Shown: one piece after another, positions 36,801 through 50,044 of the stretch
Layout of the letters: each line of letters begins with the position of its first letter
Position numbering within the stretch: the first letter of the stretch is position 1
Assembly (NCBI GenBank): GCA_965153455.1
Contig: OZ234493.1
Coordinates: 26,154,213 to 26,218,212 of the forward strand
Reading direction: 5' to 3'
Origin: Sphagnum compactum
Lineage: Eukaryota
DNA length: 64,000 bases
Notes under the pieces: model-generated
The model's input: only the letters and a program-made list of their open reading frames with translations
The model's database searches: none
What the model was told of the DNA's origin: nothing
Program-made: the position numbers and the translations under genes

Positions 36801-39800
36801 TGTAATTGTAAACAATCAAACAAATTACTTGGCAACTTTCGAATCATGCAATTTTTGAGGCACAACCACTTAACATTATTCAAATTTCGCCCTTGAATGC
36901 AATTTTCCACAATAGTTGGTGAAGCTTCTGTTAAGTCAACCAACCTAAGGTTACGAAATCCTTTGGAGCCGATTTGGGACAATGTAGTCAAATTGACACA
37001 TTTTTTCAATGAGATGCCTTCTAAAATTTCCACCACCTATCACATGAAATGAAAACAAAAGGATTATCAATATAAAAAAAACATTTCATCTTATTATTAA
37101 TTTTTATTAAAAAACATTATTCATAAAATCAAAATTCAAAGTTAAAACATTTGTTTTTGGACATTAAAAAAATTCATAAAAAATCGAAATAAAATTATAA
37201 GATTGAAATAATATGGTGACAACCTGATTGTTTGGTAAAACAAAATTTGGTTCATTTGCTTTCCATATAAATCGATTCATAATTGGAAGTTCCATTGCAA
37301 TATTTTGACCCATGTCTCGTAATTGTTCATGTATGTACAAGATTCCACCTTCTCCGCATTGGATTAAAGATCTATGTTGTAAATTTTGCAATGCAAATTT
37401 TGGGTGTAAATAATCTCCATTCCACGCTCGACAAATTGTCCTTATTTTCAAACCACCAAAGAAACAAGCAATATCCAAAAACATCCTTTGATGTTCCTTA
37501 TCCAAATACTCATAAGATATCTTCAATTTACTCCAAAGTTTTTCATTATCATTGCCCCCCGTGAAACTTTGCCCACTTTTCAATTTGTTCAATGCGCCTT
37601 CCCAGATTTCCAATTCTTTAGTATCGCACAAAAAAGAACCCAATACTTTAAGACTTAAAGGGAGCCCTCCACAAGCTTTTATAATCTCCTTACATATATC
37701 TTTGAAATATTTTGTTGGAACATGATTTGCATTACCGAATGCATGGAACATAAAAAGTTCCATTGCTTGCTCTTTCTCCAAAGATTTCATGATCATTTTT
37801 CCATCTTCACTTACGTGAGATTTTAGATTTTGCCAATTTCGACAATTCACAAGTATTCTACTTTTAGAAGCTGCATTCCTAGCAGCCTTATCAATGAAAA
37901 TTGGCAAGGACAGGTTCTCCACTTTACCAACATCATCCACCACCACTAACACTTTTTTTGATATCATACATTGCCTAATTTTGTCAAAGTCTTCTTTGTT
38001 CACATTTTCATCCTTGGATATTTTTTTGTCACACAAATCATGTAGGAGTTGTTTTATGACATCATTGATATTGTCCTTTGAATTCACATCCTCCAAAAAA
38101 CTAGATTTGTCATATTGGTTGTGGAACAAATGATAGAATTTTTTGCTCAAAGTGGTTTTCCCAATTCCCCCCATTCCAACCAAACCAACAATAGATTCCT
38201 TTTGTAACAAGATGTTTATATCTTTTGCTTTGTCAATCAACGCCACCTCATGACATGGCAAAGGTGGAAGTAATATATTTTTCTGTCAAATTTCACAAAA
38301 CAAAGGTCATTTATATGTTATTTTTCTTACTTGATAACCAATATATATGACATTGCATATGCGATACACATCAAATGTGCTATGACCTAAAATGTATAAA
38401 ATAACATGAACATATATGAAGTCAAAAGACTTAGATTTGATGTTTTTACCTCCATACATATTCTCAAACATTGTAACAATAAATAATAGCTTGGATGATT
38501 TTTGTTTGGTGGCTTGCAAATTGTCAAATGATTAGCATCTTCGATTCTATAATGGTTGTTGTTTGACAATTGAATAGCTGAGGAATATGGCACTAAAATT
38601 CCCTGTATGAGCAAAAGATTAAGTTAATGGAACTCATTTACTTGTTTGTTCAACTATGCTTGAACTTATAAGTAACACAGTAAATCCAAATGGTGGTGGA
38701 AACTATAGCTTAATAACTATTGATGTTTCAATAACAATGAAATATTTTGTGTGAAAGTAATTTCCTTCAACCTTTTGGCAAGCAAATCACAAAGTTATTG
38801 GTTTTTGATCTCATTAATCTTACATGTTTTAATGATGATATGATTTTCATGACAAATATTTGTATGGAATTGATTTGATGAAGGCGAAATTTAGAACCTA
38901 TTTCATGATGTTTGAAGTCAATCAAATTGTCTTTCCATCAATAGTATTTCATGAAACAAAGTTCATAAAACACATGACCCATTCACCACATTATTGTATT
39001 AAGAAGTATTGAGTACATGATCCCACACAAATTTTGACGATACAAAAAATGTTCAATTAATGAACTTAGTTGGATAACTTTCGATGTGGTGAAATGAAAA
39101 TCTTACCCAATTCTCGTCGAGTGGTAATCCTTCACCAAATGCATAAATGTTGACATCTTCAGGAATAGCATTTTTAAAATCTGTTGAAAGGTGTTCCATT
39201 TGTGGGTTGAAAGATTTTAAACTTTTTAAAAAACCAGATTGGGTTGCACACTTGTTCAATGTGTTGATTTGTTGATGTTGCCAAATGAAATAATTTGATA
39301 AATATTGGGTACCGCCAACATGTGGTACACCGTAAAATATTACACCTTTCACATTGTTCAAAAATGTCTTACAACATTTGTGGACTTCATCATCCAAAGT
39401 ATTTTTTGACCTTTGATGTACATGTTTGTGAGCTTCAACCACCAAGCTTTTGAGTATAAGACCTCCAAAACTATAAGCAATTAATGCCACCGGTCCATCC
39501 CAAAGCGATTGATAACTACAAAATATTCAACAATGCATAAAATTCCATTATCAACATTCTATTAACATGTACAAATTTGTCCTATTATACTTGGGGACAA
39601 TTTTCCAATTCACACATGACCTAAACCATAAGTCCGTAATTGATTTGCTTGTCATTTGTCATTTATCAATTCCATGAATTTACCTAAAAAATGTGACAAC
39701 CATGTTTTGGTAAAACAATTATATTGCTCAAGTATGTAGGCGTTTACATTCTTGTGTTAATGCACGATTCATCTTCTGTGTTACCTTGGAAATATTGTTA

Positions 39801-40820
39801 AAACAAAAAAAAATTTAAAAAAAAAAAAGATACATTCTTTTTGGAATTTTTTTTTGCAATGAAATGGATGCAAATTTTACACATGTATTAATAGAACTTA
39901 ATTTAATTCAATTCCATTACCAAAGATGAAACTCCAAAAAGCTCGACCTAAAACTTGCCATCAAAACCAAACTAGTTGTACCATGAACTTATAATATGAA
40001 CATAGACTTTGTTATTATCTTCAAACAAGAACATTTGCACATAAGCCCCATTTTATGTTCTCCTACATGAATTTAACAATTCAAATAAATTGAAACTTGT
40101 TGGTGTGTATCACAATACTAATACACATGAACAATTAACTCCTGCACAACATTTAAGAAATTCTAAAGATCTAAACAATTTTCTTTAATATACATAAGGA
40201 GAAGTAATCAATGTGTCCTTAAATAGAAGAGATTGTCACACCTTGAATTTGTAACCAAACTTTGAATGAGGTTTTTGCCAATTTCAATCACATCATTGTG
40301 AACACTTGTCACAATTTTAGAATCATAAGACAATGATAAAATTCGAACATTATTGTTCAAGTCTTCGGGTAGCCACTTTTCTGGCCAACATATGCACTCT
40401 TCTCTATTGTTGGTGGGGCATGTTGTCCATGTTTCCTTCCATTCATCATTTGTGCCAAAAGCAATCCCATGAAAAAAAACGATGGTCAAGTTTGGATTAT
40501 TGGTATTACAAGTGGGATTTAAATCATGCACTACATATTTCTGCAAAGAAAATGAAAAAGAGTCAACACAATTGTTCAAACATCTTTTGAAAATTATTTG
40601 ACTATACAATAAATTGGAGACATGCAATATACAAAATATAGTAGTTAGATAAAAGAAATAATTAATTGAAAATATTAAGTATAACAAGAAGACAATAATA
40701 GATGAATTGGAGAATGCCAAATGTATCTTGCACGACTAACAAATGAAGATCATTCACCTGCGTCAAAGTTTCAAAACATAGTTCAATTAAGTAAATACTG
40801 TTACGTAGTAGATCGAACAT
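34985..40820 (-). CDS. Alpha/beta-hydrolase-NB-ARC-LRR (HNL-type) NLR immune receptor
   Basis: Exons 40820-40758 (tentative first exon), 40540-40242, 39515-39107, 38602-38450, 38282-37224, 37036-34985; all GT-AG and in frame. Hydrolase: IVFFHG, CWPEKWLPEDL, RILSLSYDS, AYSFGG, FYGVPH, DANHLTICKP. NB-ARC: GMGGIGKT, LVVVDDV, GLPL, IHEQLRDMG. Followed by 25 complete 24-aa LRRs. Confidence 0.92.
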
Positions 40821-41304
40821 ATGTCCATCAATAAAGGTTAATTCTCAGAATTGGATTCTTTCAAGTTTGGGTCGATTAACTAAGCCATCTAGTTTGGTTC
40901 ATTTGTATTTCATGACATTTTCCCCGACATTTCGGCCACTAAGGCCTCCCACCCCTAAGAAATTGGGACACAAACCCAATAAGAATGTCCAAGAGCAGTT
41001 TAATAATTTGCCTTTGGTTGTTGGATTAAGATTACACATTGAACTTAACTCATAATCTATAATGAAAGTTCCAATCCTTACAAGTTCAATATATTCTTAG
41101 TCAATGCCAATTGACGAATTTCCCTTTCACCGATCCTATTTGTTATAGCAAGTGAGTCGCTGGCCTAATGTAAGAGGCTATAATGATGACTCCATTTCCT
41201 ACTGTTTAAAACATCATTTCATATCGTTTTTATCTAAACAAACAAACTGGAAAGTAGGCAAAGTGAAAATGTATGGCAAGGAAGCTTGTAAATGATTGAG
41301 GACA

Positions 41305-41373
41305 TTCAGTTACCCTAGTGGCTAAAGGGTATGGTTGCCAAGCTGTTGGCTAGGAGTTCAAATCTGAACTAGA
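41305..41373 (+). other. tRNA-like sequence (pseudo-tRNA or SINE head)
   Basis: A-box-like TACCCTAGTGG (41311) and B-box GTTCAAATC (41356) at tRNA spacing, with TTGCCAA in the anticodon position. Stems pair poorly. Confidence 0.3.
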
Positions 41374-41489
41374 CCTCCTTCTCCTGATGCTTTGTCAGGA
41401 CAATAAGCTAAGGTTGTTGTATGGGTCACGGAAAATTGTCAACACCCAAACAAAATTAAAAAAGCAAAGAAAAATCAAACTTAAACATG

Positions 41490-41790
41490 TAACTTGGGAA
41501 AGCCGAAGAAAAAATTGTGCAAAGAAACTTCATCATAAGAGTAAGAAAAAGCACCACATTGCCGTGCCCTCCAAAGCTTGAAGGAGCATTTTCAGCAGGG
41601 ACCAAAGGTGTCTCAATTGCAGCAGGTATCTGCACAACATCTTTACATGGGAAAGCCCAAGAAAAAACTGTGCAAAGAAAGCTCATTATAAAATTAAGAA
41701 GAAGCATCACATTGCTGTGCCATCCAGAGCTTGAAGGAGGATTTTCAGCGGGGACCGAAGGTGTCTCGGTCGCAGCAGGGATCCGCCCAA
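41490..41790. repeat. Diverged tandem duplication of ~150 bp within a coding-like segment
   Basis: The - strand peptide repeats as IPAATETPSVPAENPPSSSGWHSNV / IPAAIETPLVPAENAPSSFGGHGNV. Confidence 0.85.
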
Positions 41791-43004
41791 CATCTCTCTT
41801 TCTTTTTGGTGGCCCTTGTGAAAGATCAACTCCTTTTCCCTTGAGGCCATATGAATTTCCCATATTTCGCACTACTGAAATTCCTTTTGCTCACTGCTGT
41901 GATAAATGTTTTTCTCTTAACCTTTTGCTCTCATAAAACCTGCTACAAATCCTTTGCCATCCCAATAGCATACACAAGGTATGATGGGTGTCCCTCACAT
42001 CACAGATTCCCGCAAGCTAAGCTGATCTTTCCACTAGATCTCCCCAAAAAACATCAACCCCTTTCCTCTTCACGATCTCCCTGGAATTCCCACTCTCTTT
42101 TCTTACTCCTTTCTCGACTTTTCTCCCGGATGTTTCTTCTTCTTCTTCATTTTCTCCTCCCCCAGAAACTTCTAGAACGGTTTTGCCGGGACTCTTCAGA
42201 CTGTAGCATACGCGCTTTACCGATTTCTTGGCCCATGCTTATCATCATGACTTTTGTTCACATCCACACACCAACCTTTCTTTTACTAAAAAACCAGAGC
42301 TGAAAAAAAGCTAAGTCATCAATTTAAAAAGTGTTAAAATCAAATGCTTTTTGAGATTCTCAATAGCCAAAATTCAACCAAATTCAAAGAAAAATCGTCA
42401 GAGTTCCACACATGAGTTTCAAGTAGGTAGCCAATAAAAGAGAAATATGTTAAAAAATTTCGAATGCCATATTTAGCTCATAGCCAAATCTGACTAAATC
42501 TTCCTACCGATGATAGCCACTTGGGCTATATCTCAAAACTGACCCAACAAATTAGTGATCCACACGTTTCCTGCTGTTGGCTGGCTGATTTCAGCCAGTG
42601 CATTATTGAAGCGCTCTGCCAGAGCTCATGTTGCAGGCAATGCATGATTCATTGGGCCTTGGGCGAACCGGCCAGGCCAGGGTGAATTGACCTCCACATT
42701 GGGATCACTGTAAAAATCCCCAAAACCCATTCAAATGGCCATATTAGGCCCCAAAATTTATAGATTAGGACTTTGGGACCCTAATTTAGTCGGTCTAGGG
42801 AAATGATATTTATAAATATTTAGAACATTTACGAGCAATTTAAATGGGCTTTGTTTGCGGGGTCAAGTTGCCTTGGTTGGGTGAACCTGGCCTACATTAG
42901 AACCAACGTGAAAATCCCAAAGTTTTTGGGGGCAGCTTCAAAACATTATAGATACATGTAGTGTCCTTAGACAAAATCAGGGCCTCTGAATCTACTACAA
43001 CCTG

Positions 43005-43028
43005 AAACCCTAAACCTAAACCCTAAAC
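43005..43028. repeat. Short interstitial telomere-like (AAACCCT) motifs
   Basis: GAAACCCTAAACCTAAACCCTAAA. Confidence 0.6.
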
Positions 43029-44159
43029 TCCAGAGGCCTCACTCAAGAAGGTGAGTGTACCAGTTTAGGTGCTGGTTTGCCCTGCCCAGTGGCAATGATC
43101 CTCGGAGGAGCCTGGGGGCAGAAGGAAAAATTACATGTACGGTCGTAGCAAATAAATCCCGAGTGGAAAAACCCCTGTACAGAAAGAGCGGTGATTTTTC
43201 TGGGTGAATTTTTGCACTGTGGCTACAAGTTGTTTTCCGAAGAAACTGGGAAATTTCGTTTAATAGTGTGAATTTGAGAAAAAAAATTCTCAAAAAATGG
43301 AAAAAATGGTCTAAACAAATTTATGATTTTAATAGTCAAACTAAACAATAAATCATATTTAATTTATGAATGATAGATGGAAATGAAAGAAGGAGGCACA
43401 TGAATCATTTAGTAAAGTTATTATCCTCCGACAATGTTGAACAGACTTGTTTCTAAGGAAATAATCAATAATCAAACAAGGCTTCCATTGATAATAGGCA
43501 ACGGATGCAAGATTTAATAGACAAATGGAAAACATATAAAAGTTCATGAGTTAAGATTTCATAATTTACTAATTGAACCTACTAACAATTAATTAATTAA
43601 AAATACAGATTTTATATTTATATATTCTTAATAAGACCATGAATTAACATATACCCTAAACTAATTATATTTTGGTCTTTAGTTTAAACATAATTCTATT
43701 ATGAAATTAACTAAAGTATAATTTTTATGCAATAATCAAGATATGAGACCTTATATTTTTTATTCACTATTTTGTAAAATTTTAAAAAAGTATCCCTTCC
43801 AAGGATATGGATGACGTTTATGGCATGTCCAATTGGTTGTGCACCGAAATTGAACTTTAACAAATCGGCTTATTCCTGAAACAAGAAATGATCCTTCAAA
43901 TTTTGTGAATTACCCACAATTTAGGTTGCCTACATGAAAGGATTGTCCTCCACATCCCATGAGTACACATTGATGGTTGTATTCATGCCAAGACTTGGAG
44001 TAAAAATTGGTTGTTAAGGGCAAAAAATGGGTTATAGTAGTTATTGTTGTAGTCGGTAATTACAAGACTTATCTAAGTAAGGTTGATTTTGCTTACCTAA
44101 CCCCCCTATTATCAAGGAAAATTTGTTATAGTAATTAGAAAATAAGTGTAAGGAAAAGA

Positions 44160-46264
44160 GAGTAAGAAAGAAAATATGTCATTTAATATCTCCATAATGG
44201 TTAATTACCTAAAGGAGGAAGGATTTGGAGAGAGGAGATCATTTTGACATGTGTGATGGATCTATTAGAAATACAATAACATAGTGTGAATGTGTGTAGT
44301 TTGAGAGTTCCAACTAGTGTTGTGTGTGTAAATGATTTTAAATTTACACAATGTGTAAGTGTAAATCAATTTGGCAATATCTTTTACATGTCATGTAAGT
44401 GTATAAAGTTTGTTTAGAAAAGTGTAAGTGCAAGTGTAAATGTATAGGAAGTGACATATATAAATGTAAGTGTAAAACATTTACAAGTCTTAAACTTATA
44501 TTATTTTACACATTTTTTACACTTACATTTTTTTTGCATTTTTTTCATTATTTTCATTTATAATTTTTTGAATTATTCTATACTTAGACTTTAATTTACA
44601 TCAACATTTATGTTGCTTTATGCTATCTAAGTGTAACTAAGAGTGTAAATAGAAAATGTGAAACTCACAAGCAAAGCAAGCTCCTAAGCTTGCAATAACA
44701 ATGACTATGGTGGGCAATGCATTACACATGATCTCAAAAATCCTACAAAAAGCTAGATCCTAAGGTTACCCCCTTTTCCATTTAGAAGACCAATTTATTT
44801 TATACAAAGTTGTGCAAGTGTTTTAAACCTCATTTACACTTACACGATTTTACACACCCATTTACACATACACACAACATTGGTTCCAACTTTTGGAACT
44901 ATATATACTTGGCAAGTAATTCTGCTTTGTCAACCAATGGAAATACTTATTTTATTTTATTTTCAAATTATTCAACCCAAATTCCCATCATGTAGAATGG
45001 TTGGCCTAAAATAAATATCAATCAAATCAAAATCCTTCAAATAAATAATCTAAATTACCATATGACAAGTCACCTTCCCATCTTAAAAGTTGAAAACCCA
45101 TGATGATGATTTAATAAGTTTTATCAAGGTCCATTTTGGACATTATGACTATTAAAGGTCAACCATTCCCATTAAAGGTTATATTATGTGTAGAAATGTA
45201 GAAATCTTCATAAAGTATTTTCTTCAAAGAAAATTATTCTTTGAACGAAATAGAAAATATTTTAAAATGTTCAAGAATATTTTTTTTTGATGTGAAATCT
45301 TCAAAATTAATTAATGATTCCATAAACCAAGTTAAGTATACAATATTTTGATCAATGATCAATCATAAGCACACATCAAGAATACACAAGCACGTATAAC
45401 CTACTCCACCAAAATAAACAAACTCTTAAAAACACAAGTGGAAAAATTGTAACAATCAAAAAGATTACCTTCACTAACATAAAAAGAGAAAGAGTTAAGT
45501 TTTAGTTTGGGGATCACCACAATTCTTAAAGCATGAGGAATTTGTATTCTATTTTTCATGCCATGATCACTATCTTAAGCAATCCCCCTTCATATGAGGG
45601 ATTTTTTATTTATTTTTGTATTGAAAATTTTCCAATTTTTTTTCAAACTATTAGCAAAATGAATGGAATTTACCTTGGAAACACTTTTTGTTGTTTTTTG
45701 GTTCCTCCCATCAATTTCTCAAATGGTTTCCCAAGTGCTCAATGTGTTCCCCAAGATGTTGATAAATAAAAGGTCAGCCAGAAGGTAGCATAGATGTGCT
45801 TTTATTTTGGGTGAGTGCCCAATGCTTCAAAAAAATTGGTGATGGTCCAATCAAACTAGAATTGAGAATCATGATTATATATCAAAATCGAGTATTTGGT
45901 TTTTTGATAATTGTGATTATATATCATAATTGGATATTTGATTTGTTTGAAAAATTGTGATCATATATCAAAATTGGGTAGTTGATTTTTTGAGAACCAT
46001 AGTTACAAATCCAAAGAACCACCATGATACCCAATTGGGGTTTGGTGCAATTTTTAATAATCCCCCAACAATGACTAGAAACCATCCCCTCCAACAACCT
46101 TAATGCTTTGAAGGATTTTCAAACTAAAAAAAAACTCATTAAGAAAATCTAAATTTAATTGAATTGAACTTTGGAGAGATATGGAACTTTTTCCATTTAA
46201 GAAAAGCTGGTGGCAATTGTTAGGTTTCAATAGTTATAATTGCAAGACTTCCAACGTTTCATGT
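44160..46264 (+). repeat. Left arm of a long inverted repeat
   Basis: Reverse complement of 61905-64000 over its whole length, with scattered substitutions and short indels. Confidence 0.95.
44315..44882. mobile_element. hAT-type MITE with an 8-bp TSD
   Basis: TIRs TAGTGTTGTGTGTGTAAATG / CATTTACACATACACACAACATTG; perfect TSD GTTCCAAC at 44307-44314 and 44883-44890; many TGTAA subterminal motifs. Confidence 0.85.
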
Positions 46265-47251
46265 TTGGAGGGGAAACCTTTCATGTCAAGTGATTGATCA
46301 ATTTCTTTATAAGAAAAAAATTGTTGGGTGATCATGGAAACAACTAAAGGTTGCTTGAATTCTTTTAACCTTTTTTGGTTTCTCCCCCTTGTATCACCCC
46401 CTATTATTATTGTTCACATCAACAATTCAATTTAGTACATGATAATTGCTAGTGCAAAACAACACATATAGAGTTTGAATACTATAGCTATACGTTTCTT
46501 TAGATTTGAAACATGAACTTTGTAAATTATGAATGTGGTGTTTTTAGTCTTGATGATTGATGATGGTGGCTTAAAAACATGTCATTTCTAAGAATATTTG
46601 AAAAGGTGGTGGAGGTTTTCTTCTTTGAAATGTGCCAAGGTTTCTCTTTATTAGCTTTCACCATTATTTTTTCACTTCCTTTCTTTTGAGAAGATTACTA
46701 GTTTTTTCTTTGATTATCTTTTTGACTCCCAATTCTAAAACATGTTATTAACCGACAAAAAACCTTAAACCCCTTTTTAAAAAATGTTGTTTTGATTATA
46801 GATTATGGTTGAATTAATTAAAAATTAAAAATTGAAGGAATTTCTTGGGTTTACATTATTTTCTATGGTTCTTTTCTTATTATATCAAGTGTTTGTTGTG
46901 AAAATGTAATTGATGAATTCTTATTGCACCTAATTTGTGGTGTCCTTAATTGTTTTTAAATGTGGTTGTATAGATATATGATGGCCAATGCTCTAGAAAA
47001 AAGATTAACCTCCATGAATTATGGCCATCATTTGGCTATGGTAGACCAAATCAAGGATTGGCAACAAGGGATTCAACCCTATGTTGTCAACAACCGCATC
47101 CCCTACTACAATCTGCAACACAATCAATTTCTTCCATGGATTTTTCACCAACTTTTATGGGCCATTGAACATCCAAAATCCTCATATCCAAATTTTGCTT
47201 CAACACATGTTGGGGTAGGAGAAGGACTAAGAATTGTCATTGACCAAAGCA

Positions 47252-50044
47252 ATGGACATAATAAAAATACCAAATTTATCATTTGAAAATAAACCATCAA
47301 TAGAAATTGGTAACAATGAAACACATTGTGTTTTGGATTTAAAATGTGAAGGCAACATTTCCTTCAACAATGAACACCCAAATAATGCAAACATTCAAAT
47401 GCAACACGTTTGTATGGTAGAGAAGAAAGGCAAGTCAAAATTTGGAATTGGACTGCCAAATCTTGTGACATGTAAAAAAACTCCTAGAAGGAGGGAAATT
47501 CTAAATAATGATCAAAGGAAATTGAGACCAAGCTCCTCTTCTTATTCAAAGCAACACCAAAAATATTTACTACAACTTTGTTGTCATCAAAATATCCATA
47601 GAAATGGTTTGCCCGGATTGTTTTTTCAAGCACATTTAATATCAAGACAACAAAATTTGACACAAATTGAGTTTGTATTGAGGCAACAATACATACAAAC
47701 AAGGATTCTTGCAAGCTTTTGTAAGCACAATATGAATAGTTTTAGTGTTCTTCACAAAAGATGGAACATCAATGTTCGGGATTATATGAAAACCAAAGTA
47801 CTTGGGCATAGAATTGTGTCAAGTTGGTTGACATCTACACAAAACATTAAGCAAATTCCTCATATCATTCAAAAATATAAGCAATGGTTGTTGCTTAGGT
47901 TTCCATCAATGACACAGGATCTTATGAAGAAAAGCAATAATGGAAAGTGCAAAAGTTATGTTAGATTGCAAGGCCTAAAACATGAAATTGAAGCATATGG
48001 ATGTGTTGTAATTGATGATGCAAAGAATGAAGGAACAAGCTATCATCTCATGAGTCGAAAATTGCAACTTTTCCATCGAAATGCTCAAGTTACCAACAAC
48101 TTGCAAGTTAAAGAGGTAGGTTCAAGTTCGTTGAATTTAATTGTGAAGAAAAAAAAAGCAAGAGAAACAATTATTGCTCAAATGAACTCTATGATCAACA
48201 ATGGTAGTTACAATATTACAATGTATAAAGAGTTGTGTAAAGGAGTGTTGAAAAGTAAAATGACTTTTGCACAAAAAGAAGTGGTGCCAAACTACAACAA
48301 GGACTTCATTGTCACATCTTCATTGAATGAGAATTTGATGTTGATAATTGCCTTGAAAAAGAAAAAGAAGAAGAAGCAATATCATCTTGGTAATCAATTT
48401 TTGAAAGGCAAAGACCTACAATTGGTTATGAAGCATAATAATTCTAATAATTATTTGCGCAAGATGGATGTTATTCCAAGACAACATGTTTTTGTTGGAC
48501 ATTTTACTGCATTTTCATCATTTTTGGGGTTTAGGTTAGGACAAGAGGCACATCGTGTGAGATATGAAAGCAATGCAGGTGGGACTTCCACCATATCCGA
48601 GGTTTGAGATTTTAACCCAACCTATTAAATTCCTATAGTTGTAGATCCTTTCAATTTCAAGTTGTATACATATGCAATCTTGACAATGAGAAAACAAAAT
48701 GTTTAAGAAAGAGGTCTTGTCATTTGCTAGTTGAATGATTGATTTGAGTTTGTGGACAAAAGTTTTTTTTGTTAGTTTAACCATGAACTATTCATTGTTT
48801 GTGGTGGTAGTCATTGTCCGTGGAGTATTTTGTAAGAAGGTTTGAAGCCAAGGATGTTGTCACTGAGATGGAGGTTGAGTATTGTTCGAGGAATTGGAAG
48901 AAGGTGGATTACATTTGCACATTGTATGGTCAACGAGTTGGAGTATCAGTTACACGAGCAATGTTTTATCCTAACCCAAAGGGCTTCTCCTCCGACGTAG
49001 CCTATCGACTTCTTCACAAGAAGCTTTTTGGTTTGGTAAAATGCCACAAAATCTCTTTCCATACACAATGCCTCCCATTTTGATCATTCTCTCTATGGAT
49101 GAAAAAAAGACATCTCCATTCTCAAAAGGCATGGAGATGTCCATTAATTGGCTCAAGCACACTAGGTTAGCACGAATAGTTTTGGCTCATAACCTACACT
49201 CACACCGGTTACGTAGTCCATAATCCATTACAAAGACCTTAAAGGTTAGTGTATATAACCTATCCTCAATATACACCAAAGACGACTCTAACATGTTTTC
49301 AATCCAAGTGAATAACATATTTTCACAACAAGAGCTCTAGTAATGGTTTATGTTGAAGGCTTGTTCATGAATCCTATTGCATCCATTTATTTTTCTTTGA
49401 TGACAGATTATGGCAAGGCAAGGTGTGAAGGAAAGACATAGCTTTTTACAATGCATTTTGCATGTATGGTGTGAAACCATACAGATAGCAACAATTGTTG
49501 AAGCTGCATACATAGGTAAAAAGATATGTATACCCCCAAGACCCTCTTCATTTGACTACTCATGTAACCTAGGGTTAGCTTCTACATTGAGAAAATGAAT
49601 AATTATTTTTTTTCAAAAAAACAATTCATTTTGCAGCTTTAAGATTAAGTACTATGGTTTTTTTGTGTTTTAAAATAGTCTAATAATATTTTCAGACAGT
49701 TAGTCTCAGTATCCATTTTGGAGCTTGCCATGAATTTGATGGGTTTCATCGACCTTAGTGTCATGATTTCACCAAAAAAAAAAGAAAAAAAAACACTTTA
49801 CGTCGCTCTAAAATAATATGTAGACAAATGTATATATAACCTTGGTTACATTTTCACAAGTTTTGTTTTCGTAGTTGGGCAAGCAAGCTAACAATTTCCT
49901 TGAATTTATATCATTCTAGAGGTTTCAAGGGATTTGGACATAACCGATGATGTAATCCCAGTGCTGACCGTGGCAGAAGGTTTACATGCTCGACCGATAT
50001 TCTACGAACATTGTTTATTTACATCATTTGACCCTCATACTTAA
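47252..50044 (+). CDS. Protein with a long unrecognised N-terminus and a C-terminal AAC4-like (putative PD-(D/E)XK-fold) domain; 4 exons, start uncertain
   Basis: Exons ~47252-48601, 48811-49035, 49407-49515, 49920-50044 splice in frame (GT-AG). Spliced product: EAHRVRYESNAGGTSTISE|SLSVEYF..TEMEVEY..WKKVDYIC..RVGVSVTRAM..LLHKKLFGL|IMARQGV..ILHVWC..|..DDVIPVLTVA..IFYE. Confidence 0.75.

Noticed and set aside
45533-45769. Duplicated ~75-aa ORF in both inverted-repeat arms
   Set aside because: Its conservation follows from the duplication. The copies diverge by a frameshift at the C-terminus and the sequence overlaps a common repeat.
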